A stretch of DNA of 44,305 nucleotides, from NCBI GenBank assembly GCA_041736175.1, contig JBGSUI010000015.1, positions 1 through 44,305 of the forward strand, given 5' to 3'. The stretch's first letter is position 1, and the number at the start of each line of letters is the position of its first letter. Below, one piece after another: positions 37,155-44,305 of the stretch. The notes beneath the pieces are model-generated. The model worked only from the letters and a program-made list of their open reading frames with translations. It was not told the origin of the DNA and did no database searches. This stretch comes from Oligoflexales bacterium. GTDB taxonomy: Bacteria > Bdellovibrionota_B > Oligoflexia > Oligoflexales > CAIYRB01. The translations under genes were made by a program, and so were the position numbers.

Positions 37155-38675
37155 TCAGGCCTCCTCATATTTCATCCAAATCGACTTGGTTTTGGTGTAG
37201 GCCTCCAAAGACTGGAGGGCCATTTCCTTACCCCAGCCACTTTGTTTAAATCCTCCAAAGGGCGACGCAAAATCATAGCAGCCGTAGTGATTAATAAACA
37301 CCATTCCTGCATCGAGCTGGCGTGCGACCCTTTGGCAGCGAGATGCATCGCGGGAGTAGAGTCCCGCCGCAAGGCCGTAGGGGGTCTCGTTAGCAATCTC
37401 AACTGCTTCAGCCTCTGTTTTAAACCTTAAAACGCATAGGACAGGACCAAAGATTTCTTCAGCAGCGATCGACATGGAGTTTTTAACTTCGCCAAAAATA
37501 GTGGGCCGGATATAAAAACCACGCCCGCCCATCGCCGCCAAATCCTTGGTGCCACCCGCCAAAAGCCGAGCCCCTTGGCGCTGGCCTTGGTCGATATAAT
37601 CGAGGATTTTGTGAAAGTGCTGTCGATTGGCCTGGGGCCCTTGATCGGTTTCAGGCTTAAAGGGGTCCCCTAGTCTCACCTTTGCCGCCATGGTGGCCAT
37701 CTTGGCGACGACCTGGTCATAGATGCTTTCTTGCACCAAAAGCCGGGTCGGCTCACTACATTTTTCTCCCTTATGGCTAAACATAGCCGTAAAGGACCGT
37801 TCGATCACCTGATCGAGGGGCTCAGCATCGGCAAACAGAATATTGGGGGATTTACCCCCGAGTTCCAAGGTGATCTGTTTGAGATTGGAGTCGGCGGCAC
37901 CCCGCACGATCCTTCGGCCTACTCCCGTGCTACCTGTGAACGATATCTTATTTATATCTGGGTGCCGACTCAGAGCTTCCCCTGCCTCTTCGTCACCGTA
38001 AACGAGATTGATCACACCTCGGGGCAAGATCTGAGCTTGGTGAATCAGCTCAAAGAGCCTGATCAGCGAGTGGCTGGTGTTCGCAGCCGGTTTGATAACC
38101 ACTGTATTGCCCATAGCTAAGGCAGGAGCCAGCTTCCAGGAGGCTAGCGCCAGGGGAAAGTTCCATGGAACGATGAGTGCTACGACGCCCAAAGGTTCAT
38201 GGACAGTGTAGTTGATAAAAGGCGGGTCTACGGGTATCGATGCCCCATAAAACTTGTCAGTCCAACCTGCATAATAATCGAAAACATCGGCACACTCAGG
38301 TAGGTCCTCGTCAAAAGATTCGCGGTAGGTCTTACCGTTGGTAAGAGTTTCGATGGCTGCAAGTTCAGCCCGGTGTGCGCGGATTAGCTGGGCGACCCTT
38401 CCCAACCTTTGAGCCCGCTCCCTCCGAGTGACCGATCCCCATCCTTGGGGGCTTGGGGTTTTGAAAGCCTGCCGCGCTGCTTTGACCGCTTGGTCGACGA
38501 TAGGACCGTTCGCCAAGGGCACCGCACCGATCACTTCTTCGGTCGCCGGATTGATGACCTCGTGATAAGAAAGACCGGACACACCGACCCATTCGCCACC
38601 GATATAAAAGTTTTTTTCTGATTTCATCCAAGTTAAGGATTGGGATTGGTTTTGTAATAAGCTTAAATCACTCAT
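37155..38675 (-). CDS. Aldehyde dehydrogenase
   Basis: PWNFP, KPA, FTGST, catalytic ELGGKSP and GEKC, EEIFGP, FGGFKQSG. GAGG RBS before ATG 38675; the ORF is open to 38720. Confidence 0.95.
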   Translation of the reverse strand: MSDLSLLQNQSQSLTWMKSEKNFYIGGEWVGVSGLSYHEVINPATEEVIGAVPLANGPIVDQAVKAARQAFKTPSPQGWGSVTRRERAQRLGRVAQLIRAHRAELAAIETLTNGKTYRESFDEDLPECADVFDYYAGWTDKFYGASIPVDPPFINYTVHEPLGVVALIVPWNFPLALASWKLAPALAMGNTVVIKPAANTSHSLIRLFELIHQAQILPRGVINLVYGDEEAGEALSRHPDINKISFTGSTGVGRRIVRGAADSNLKQITLELGGKSPNILFADAEPLDQVIERSFTAMFSHKGEKCSEPTRLLVQESIYDQVVAKMATMAAKVRLGDPFKPETDQGPQANRQHFHKILDYIDQGQRQGARLLAGGTKDLAAMGGRGFYIRPTIFGEVKNSMSIAAEEIFGPVLCVLRFKTEAEAVEIANETPYGLAAGLYSRDASRCQRVARQLDAGMVFINHYGCYDFASPFGGFKQSGWGKEMALQSLEAYTKTKSIWMKYEEA

Positions 38676-38682
38676 TGGGACC

Positions 38683-39531
38683 TCATTTATAGGAAGAGTT
38701 TTCAAAGGGAGAGTTTTCATAAGGAGTCGTGCGCCCGTATCTGATCTGCCTTAAATGATCCGTGCTCACCACACCAGGACGCTCGTCATAGGCCAAAAGG
38801 CCCATAAGCCTGGGCCTCTCACCTTTAATGGTGGTGACCCGGTGGATGGAGTCTCTGCCTTTAAAGAGGAGCAGAGTCCCTGGATGATTGGCGATCCTTT
38901 GGACACCAGGATGTTTCCCGGCCAGTACTTTTGCCACCTCTCCATAACACTCATCTTCTCGGGAGCGGATACGGGGCACAAATTCAAAGTCACCTCCCTC
39001 CTCCGAAGTCTGAATCGAAAGGGAGGTTACAAAATCTGTTTGGTCGAAATGCCACCTCAAGTAGTCTCCTGAGCCCATAACTGAAAGATTGAGACCTCCC
39101 ATAGGATCCGCATACCGGTGTATGCTCCCCAGTTGTAAAATAGCTCTAACTAAATCCATCAATGGTTGGAGTTCGTAGATCTGCCGGAGGAGAGAGTCCC
39201 TGGGATATTCGTCATAAGCTATCACTCCTAAAGACGTCGGCTCGGTCTGCCTCCGCGGGTGATCTTCTGGCAACTCAGGGTCCGTCGCCTCTAGGTAGGC
39301 GTTGCCGACCAATCGATTAAAATAAGCCTTTTTGCTGAGGATCTGTGACTCGGTCACCAATTGTTTGAGTCCTTGGTCGGTTAAAAACCCTGGCAGCTCA
39401 CAGGCACCATTGGAACCGAGCTGCTGGCGGCATCGGGCTAGGAGACTCTGATAGCCCCCCGATTCGGGATTTTCAATCGGGTATTTGGCTACATTAATTA
39501 CTTTTTCTACAACAAACTTTGTTTCAGTCAT
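38683..39531 (-). CDS. 2OG-Fe(II) oxygenase, BesD/HalD-like fold, hydroxylase-type HxD motif
   Basis: LRWHFD, EGGDFEF, PGTLLLFKGRDSIHRVT...R; full H-x-D...H facial triad. Confidence 0.82.
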   Translation of the reverse strand: MTETKFVVEKVINVAKYPIENPESGGYQSLLARCRQQLGSNGACELPGFLTDQGLKQLVTESQILSKKAYFNRLVGNAYLEATDPELPEDHPRRQTEPTSLGVIAYDEYPRDSLLRQIYELQPLMDLVRAILQLGSIHRYADPMGGLNLSVMGSGDYLRWHFDQTDFVTSLSIQTSEEGGDFEFVPRIRSREDECYGEVAKVLAGKHPGVQRIANHPGTLLLFKGRDSIHRVTTIKGERPRLMGLLAYDERPGVVSTDHLRQIRYGRTTPYENSPFENSSYK

Positions 39532-39788
39532 CGAAGGTACCCCCTTTAGATCATGATATAAATTCTATCACCAATCAAATGGCTCTATCATCATTATTTT
39601 TAAAGATAACTGATCTTTTAGAGCACTTTTGGTGGTTACACAATTGGGTTTTGCGTTTTTCGGATGTACTCTAAAAAGCGCCTGTGTGGTTCCTGTAACC
39701 AAACGATTCTAAATGTTTTTAAGCTATTCTTAGAATCCCTCTAAAGTATTCTTACCAAGAGCCGAATGATTCCTTTGGAGGAAATTGC

Positions 39789-40562
39789 GTGCTTTTAAGA
39801 ATATGCCACCCAACGAAACAAAAAAATAATAGAGGACGAGTCCGTGGGATCCGTCACTTTGGGTTGGTTGCTATCTATTTATTATTTATTCTAAGTCTTC
39901 AGAGTTGCTATATTCAGTCCTTTTTCAATAAGAAAAAAGGCCAAGGCAGCAGCGACCCCAACGGCTTGTTTGGCGGCACTGTGATCGGTCAGTCCCTCGG
40001 GCCCCTGGCTGGCGGAGTCGACGAAGCTGGCCTTAAGGCCGTTCATACGGTCCTTACCAAAAATGCTCCGGCAGCCTTAAGACCAGACCCGGATCTGGTA
40101 GTCAGGCGCCTTCTCAAACAGTTCAGACCCGACGGTGCGACTTTAGCTTACCAGATCGGCCGGGTAGAGCAGTACCGCATGCTGCTAGGGGGTGCCTCCA
40201 CTGATTTTGCCAAGATGCCCCAAGAAAGCTACGACGCCACTTCTCTCCTCGCCGTGTACAAAGTGGCCGAAGAAGTCTGTCGGGGACTGGTGGCACCTAA
40301 TTCGTCCGAACACGGAGGCTGGACCTCCATCATGCCATACCCACCGAGCGCAGATAGGGAAAACACTCTTTGGTTGGCCCAGCGGATTATTGGCAAACCA
40401 TCCCAAGAAATCAGCGACTCAAAGATAAATTCTTTATTAGCCATTATGGCTGCCGAAGAACCCACAATCATGACCAACTGGTGGGCCAGGTCCCAGCCTT
40501 ACTCTAAATATATTTCAGTATGTGCTACCTTGACCCTCGATGCCGAGGCCCTTTATTTTTGA
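39789..40562 (+). CDS. Putative lipoprotein, homolog of 8573-9241
   Basis: LQSC lipobox; LLGGASTDF, LAQRIIGKP and C-terminal YISVCATL...EALYF parallel the 8573 protein. Confidence 0.68.
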   Translation: MLLRICHPTKQKNNRGRVRGIRHFGLVAIYLLFILSLQSCYIQSFFNKKKGQGSSDPNGLFGGTVIGQSLGPLAGGVDEAGLKAVHTVLTKNAPAALRPDPDLVVRRLLKQFRPDGATLAYQIGRVEQYRMLLGGASTDFAKMPQESYDATSLLAVYKVAEEVCRGLVAPNSSEHGGWTSIMPYPPSADRENTLWLAQRIIGKPSQEISDSKINSLLAIMAAEEPTIMTNWWARSQPYSKYISVCATLTLDAEALYF

Positions 40563-40570
40563 GGACATCT

Positions 40571-42208
40571 ATGGACTTAAATCTCAAAATTTTCTCAATG
40601 TTTGCTGTCGGGATCAGCCTGCTCACAAACATTTCTATGGCAGGGACCGATCATAAACAAGCTTTGCGCCGAGCCCAATATCTCCTTAACGCCTCGACTC
40701 CGACCGATGACCAGTTTGCAGTGGGCGCTAGCTCTGAGGGAGCGTATCAGGCTTCCATACGCGGGCTTTTGGATCATTCGCTTTTTTATGACGCCATGAT
40801 GCGGTACCACGAACGACTTTTTGGAGTGGGACTGCCGACCGAATATTTGGACGAACTCCAACGGGACGATATCGACAACAAGACCAACAAGTTTGCACAG
40901 ATTACCTGCAACAGGGGCAACTCAAACGCGCCCAAATTCCGCTGTTATTGGTCGAGTCGAGACACCTCTCGGACGGCAGACTGCCCGACAACCTGGGAAG
41001 AACCTGTGACGGTATTTTGGTATCCGGGAATGGTCGCCTGGGTCTGCCCTTCGGTCCACCGAGCCTGCGGCAGCGATCTGAGCCGCTGCTTTATCAAGTA
41101 TGCCAACCAAAACGAAGCACTCAATGCCGAACTTGGCACCACCGAGGTTTTTGATTCGAGACACGCCGTGGTCAAGTCGTTAAGTAAACAATCTGCTGGG
41201 ATCGCCAGCGCCGTCGTGACCGCCAACTATCCCTATACAAAAATCCTAGAACCCGGCCTCACCGCAGTTGACGGTGCCATAGCCCATTTTTACCGGCAAA
41301 CTCACCATTTCGATCTCGTTAAACTCAACCCCCCAGCAGAACTCCTCGCCGTGGTCAATGAAATCCCCCTTACGGACACCCGCTTTAAACTCGTCAACAC
41401 CGGCAACACCTACGAACAAGCAGGTATTTTGACAACCTTTGGTTGGCTACGGCGTTATGAAAAAAACCGAACCAGAGCCAACCAACTCTACGAACGTTTA
41501 TTGTGCCGCAAATTTACCTCAGCACTGCCGCGAGTTTTTCCCGCGGATCCAGGAAATCTCCGCACCAAAGAAGGCTGCAGTGGCTGTCATGCAACCCTCG
41601 ATCCACTTGCCGACTTTTTCGCGGCTTGGGGCGAAGGCGGAGAGCTTTATACGGGTTCGAAAGGTGTCATTGCCACAACTTTTAATGGGCAGCAGGGAAG
41701 CTTTCTTTCACAGCTTGCCGACATCATTCGCAACGACAACGCCTTTTCCACCTGCCAGGTGGAAAACGCCTGGCAATGGCTTATCGGTCGAGGATTTTAC
41801 CGGGACGAAGCAGATCTGCGCCAAGCCCTTAGTCGGTATTTTGTAGCCACCAACTTTAGCTTTAAGGAGTTGGTCTACGCCATCGTCACCCATAGCGCCT
41901 TTACCGAGGGAACACGGGGTGATTCTGTGGTTGGAGATCCCCTCGAAATGCCGCCTTTAGGTCAGCCCCCAGGAGGCAACACCGACCAGCCCTGCAATAC
42001 GGCCATCAGTTTTGCCACCCATATTACGCCTAATCTAGGACTCTGCACCAACTGTCATAAACCTGGTACAAGCCGCCAAGATCTCTCGACAGAAGCCCAG
42101 TGGAAGCAGTGGGGCCGACAGGGTGTCAGCATGATGGCTAGTGGCAATAGACGATTTTTTTGTGCAAACTGGCTCACCCAAAAATCTGACGCAATTTCTT
42201 ATAGTTAA
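40571..42208 (+). CDS. DUF1585/DUF1588-like c-type cytochrome protein, probably 3'-truncated
   Basis: GAGG RBS; AGILTTFGWL...RTRANQLYERLLC, CSGCHATLDPL and CTNCH. Lacks the MPP of paralog 5552-7201; the tail after MMASGN looks non-homologous. Confidence 0.72.
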   Translation: MDLNLKIFSMFAVGISLLTNISMAGTDHKQALRRAQYLLNASTPTDDQFAVGASSEGAYQASIRGLLDHSLFYDAMMRYHERLFGVGLPTEYLDELQRDDIDNKTNKFAQITCNRGNSNAPKFRCYWSSRDTSRTADCPTTWEEPVTVFWYPGMVAWVCPSVHRACGSDLSRCFIKYANQNEALNAELGTTEVFDSRHAVVKSLSKQSAGIASAVVTANYPYTKILEPGLTAVDGAIAHFYRQTHHFDLVKLNPPAELLAVVNEIPLTDTRFKLVNTGNTYEQAGILTTFGWLRRYEKNRTRANQLYERLLCRKFTSALPRVFPADPGNLRTKEGCSGCHATLDPLADFFAAWGEGGELYTGSKGVIATTFNGQQGSFLSQLADIIRNDNAFSTCQVENAWQWLIGRGFYRDEADLRQALSRYFVATNFSFKELVYAIVTHSAFTEGTRGDSVVGDPLEMPPLGQPPGGNTDQPCNTAISFATHITPNLGLCTNCHKPGTSRQDLSTEAQWKQWGRQGVSMMASGNRRFFCANWLTQKSDAISYS

Positions 42209-42366
42209 TATAGATCAAAAGGTCAACTTATAAACTTAAACGCGAGAATTCTAGCGAAACGGCCTTCCTCTGCCCCAAACTAGGTGGCGTTGACATCTGC
42301 CTCCCAAGCGGCGTAGGTAAAGGGCCGGCTCCGGGGCAAAACCTGGAGATCGGGGAGGGAGGGGGG

Positions 42367-42387
42367 GGGCGGACACTGTGTCCGCCC
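42367..42387. promoter_or_regulatory. 21-bp palindrome, candidate parS/operator
   Basis: GGGCGGACAC-T-GTGTCCGCCC with perfect 10-bp arms, upstream of the ParB-like gene. Confidence 0.5.
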
Positions 42388-42484
42388 TCAGGAGGTCAAA
42401 ATTGATGGGTCGGGAGAAACATCAGTTACCTTTCGACTTATAAAATTCTCCAGAGACCACCGACCAAATCGATCGAAGAGTTGA

Positions 42485-42540
42485 CCCAGAGCATCCCCAG
42501 AGCATCCCCAGAGCATCCCTAGAGCATCCCTAGAGCATCC
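42485..42540 (+). repeat. Five tandem 11-bp repeats AGAGCATCCC(C/T)
   Basis: Units start at 42488, 42499, 42510, 42521 and 42532; the last is partial. Confidence 0.92.
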
Positions 42541-42632
42541 AAAGACGAGATCGATTCGGAACCATACCAATTAAATTTGCGTTCGCAAGAGACACCTAAA
42601 AACAGTCGGAACACAAAAAAAAGGAAGTCACC

Positions 42633-43766
42633 ATGTCCAAAAAAAGCACTCTGACCAAAAAAATTGTCGCCAAACTGGGGTTGGGCAGCGTCCACGAATT
42701 TCTGGACTGCGAAGACCTGAGCCTTCTCGCCAACGACAACTACAGGGCCATCGACGACTCCCACGTGGACAAGCTCGTCCATTCCATTAAGGAGGCGGGC
42801 CTTAAGACCCAGGTGTCCCTCGTCGTCAAAGTATCCCCCGACGGTCAAAGGGTGTGCCTCATCGAGGACGGCCATCACCGGGTCAAGGCGGTTAGGAGGC
42901 TCAGGGAGCGGGCGTCGAAGACCGGCAACGCATGGCTCTCCCGCCCCCTGCCCTGCCGAGTCAAGGTGGTCGCGACCGACTCGGAGGAGAACAAGACGGC
43001 GGTGGACTCAGTCATGATGAACCAGCTCACCAAGGAGGAAACGATCTGGGACAAGGCGGACGCCTACAAAAGACTTAGGGAGGCCGGCGAAACCACGGCG
43101 AGCATCTCCGCCATGGTCGGGGTCGACGAAAGGAGCGTCAGGAGAGCCATGTCGCTTCTCAAAATCCCACCCGACGTAAGGGCCTTCGCCGAGGCCAACC
43201 TCGATAGGATCAGGACTTCTAGCCTCTACAAACTGGCGTCCGCCCTGGATGGGGATGGGGCCTCCGGCCCAGGGGCTCAAAAATCGGTCGAAGTTCTTCT
43301 TTTAAAAAAGGCCACCGATAGATCCGGGAACGCCGGACCAGCCGCGATGGCCGCGGCCAAAAAGGAAATCATGGACGGTGCGGCGGAGCATAGGTGGAAG
43401 GCCGTGGAGGGGCCTCACCTTGGCATGGCAGCCTACCTCGCCCTCGACTTCCTCCGGTCGGGAGGCGAGGAGGAGGACCATAGAGGCGACGGTGAGGACG
43501 CCCCAGCGGCCCAATCTACCCCGTCCGACGAGCATGCCAACGCCACAGAGGGCGACGAGCGGAGGCAAAAGCCAAAAAACAAAGCCCTGCCGAGCTTACC
43601 CCGACCAAGGGACCCGCTGCGGAAAGGGACGACCAACGGCGGACAAGTAGAAAGGATCGAGGACAAAAAAAATCGCTGGAGGGACGGCCTCATCGCCCGC
43701 ATCGCAGAGCTGGGACTCCCCGGGGAAACTTTCGAGGCCGTCAGGGCAGTCATACTGAAATCCTGA
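42633..43766 (+). CDS. ParB/Srx N-terminal domain protein with HTH
   Basis: HVDKLVHSIKEAGL, LIEDGHHRVKA, and HTH TTASISAMVGVDERSVRRAMSL; AAGGAAG RBS. Confidence 0.8.
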   Translation: MSKKSTLTKKIVAKLGLGSVHEFLDCEDLSLLANDNYRAIDDSHVDKLVHSIKEAGLKTQVSLVVKVSPDGQRVCLIEDGHHRVKAVRRLRERASKTGNAWLSRPLPCRVKVVATDSEENKTAVDSVMMNQLTKEETIWDKADAYKRLREAGETTASISAMVGVDERSVRRAMSLLKIPPDVRAFAEANLDRIRTSSLYKLASALDGDGASGPGAQKSVEVLLLKKATDRSGNAGPAAMAAAKKEIMDGAAEHRWKAVEGPHLGMAAYLALDFLRSGGEEEDHRGDGEDAPAAQSTPSDEHANATEGDERRQKPKNKALPSLPRPRDPLRKGTTNGGQVERIEDKKNRWRDGLIARIAELGLPGETFEAVRAVILKS

Positions 43767-44016
43767 GCGGCGAAGGGAATTTAAGGCCAGAAGAGGCAGT
43801 CGAAGGGCAGACATGCCGCCTGCTTCTCGGCCTCAGACCGCCTCGACCAAAGAGCAAGTCTGTGGGGCGAGGTTGTAGGGTTTGTTCGCCATGGATTCTC
43901 GATTACGTTGCTACAGACCACACTTCATTAGACCTATAATTCCCTATTTATACCAATAATTTCAGGATGTCGAATTTATCTACTAAAGTTTGGGACTGCT
44001 AGTGCCGATACCTTCA

Positions 44017-44045
44017 TTGACAGCCTAGGTCTGTCAAGTTATACT
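44017..44045 (+). promoter_or_regulatory. Near-consensus sigma70 promoter with overlapping inverted repeat
   Basis: TTGACA (44017-22), 17-bp spacer, TATACT (44040-45); TTGACAG-N7-CTGTCAA inverted repeat at 44017-44037. Confidence 0.75.
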
Positions 44046-44086
44046 TAATGACAAAGATAACCTGTGCCTCTTCGTAGGACCAGGAA

Positions 44087-44119
44087 AGAAGCCACCGCAG
44101 GGTGGCTTCTGTGTTTTTT
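44087..44119 (+). terminator. Intrinsic terminator-like hairpin within the leader of the NYN gene
   Basis: AGAAGCCACC-GCAG-GGTGGCTTCT followed by GTGTTTTTT. Confidence 0.6.
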
Positions 44120-44138
44120 CCTAAGGAAGGGGCACTTG

Positions 44139-44165
44139 GTGCGAATCGCCGTTTATATCGACGGA
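44139..44165 (+). pseudogene. 5' fragment of an NYN/LabA (PIN-like) RNase gene, interrupted by an IS end
   Basis: AAGGAAGGGG RBS then GTG CGA ATC GCC GTT TAT ATC GAC GGA = MRIAVYIDG, the typical NYN first strand. Only nine codons are visible. Confidence 0.55.
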
Positions 44166-44305
44166 GTGAACTACCAGCACCCCTAAAGGGGTGCGGCTTC
44201 CAAGGTCAAGCAGCTTTCGCTGCTTTCCTTTTCTTTTTTGACGCTTCTACCACAGGTGCGCAGGTCGCTATCGCTTCCTGCGGCTTATGTTTGGCTCCAC
44301 GTCCA
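44166..44305 (-). mobile_element. Right end / omega-RNA scaffold of an IS200/IS605-type (TnpB) element
   Basis: Minus strand reads GGACGTGGAG...GAAGCGTC...AAGCAGC-GAAA-GCTGCTT...GGAAGCC-GCACCCC-TTTA-GGGGTGC-TGGTAGTTCAC, matching the recalled GAAGCC-hairpin-GTAGTTCAC right-end pattern. Confidence 0.7.

Larger units (their letters stand above)
42150..44305. mobile_element. Putative integrated foreign element (or assembly join) with a ParB-like gene, NYN gene fragment and IS end
   Basis: Abrupt break of the cytochrome gene, visible composition shift, repeats and mobile-element-type genes. No integrase in the window. Confidence 0.5.

Noticed and set aside
38683..39531. Halogenase
   Set aside because: It has the HxD carboxylate ligand, not HxG/A.
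42485..42540. CRISPR array
   Set aside because: The 11-bp units are contiguous with no spacers, and no cas genes are present.
43661..43677. Matching inverted end for the 42150 junction (ACAAAAAAAATCG)
   Set aside because: Short, low-complexity and inside the ParB-like ORF; probably chance.
42388..43814. Minus-strand ORFs (42388-42570, 42519-42878, 43008-43814)
   Set aside because: Antisense shadows of the GC-rich ParB-like gene or translations of the repeat; no motifs.
1..44305. Other short overlapping ORFs; tRNA/rRNA genes
   Set aside because: The short ORFs lie within better-supported genes; no tRNA or rRNA signatures were recognised.

Overview
Bacterial chromosomal segment rich in lipoproteins and secreted proteins; the style suggests Oligoflexia/Bdellovibrionota, but that is an impression, not a tested assignment. 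1-4.3 kb (minus): hypothetical, fdhD, FdhF/YdeP molybdoenzyme and mobA. 4.4-12.8 kb (minus): envelope/redox cluster with a hexaheme cytochrome c lipoprotein, probable beta-barrel, small lipoprotein, Tat-exported DUF1501-like protein, DUF1585/1588-like cytochrome and Ig-like lipoprotein. 13-17.6 kb: LolA-like protein, barrel and a secreted sulfoquinovosidase-like GH31 with an altered sulfonate pocket. 17.7-32.8 kb: orphan trpE, amidoligase-like lipoprotein, phospholipase D, amidohydrolase, barrel, kynB, four tandem divergent secreted paralogs, thermonuclease and a lipoprotein. 32.8-39.5 kb (minus): the best candidate for an undescribed pathway, a tightly coupled operon of a BesD-like 2OG-Fe(II) hydroxylase, aldehyde dehydrogenase, BCCT transporter, methylaspartate ammonia-lyase homolog with a remodelled amine pocket, and an FAD/NAD(P)-binding oxidoreductase. 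39.8-42.2 kb: a second lipoprotein plus cytochrome module, apparently cut at about 42149 by foreign DNA. That DNA carries a palindrome, 11-bp repeats, a ParB-like gene, a near-consensus sigma70 promoter, a long structured leader and the first codons of an NYN/LabA-type RNase gene. The NYN gene is interrupted by what looks like the right end (omega-RNA scaffold) of an IS200/IS605 TnpB element. All family calls come from motif recognition by eye; no searches were run.
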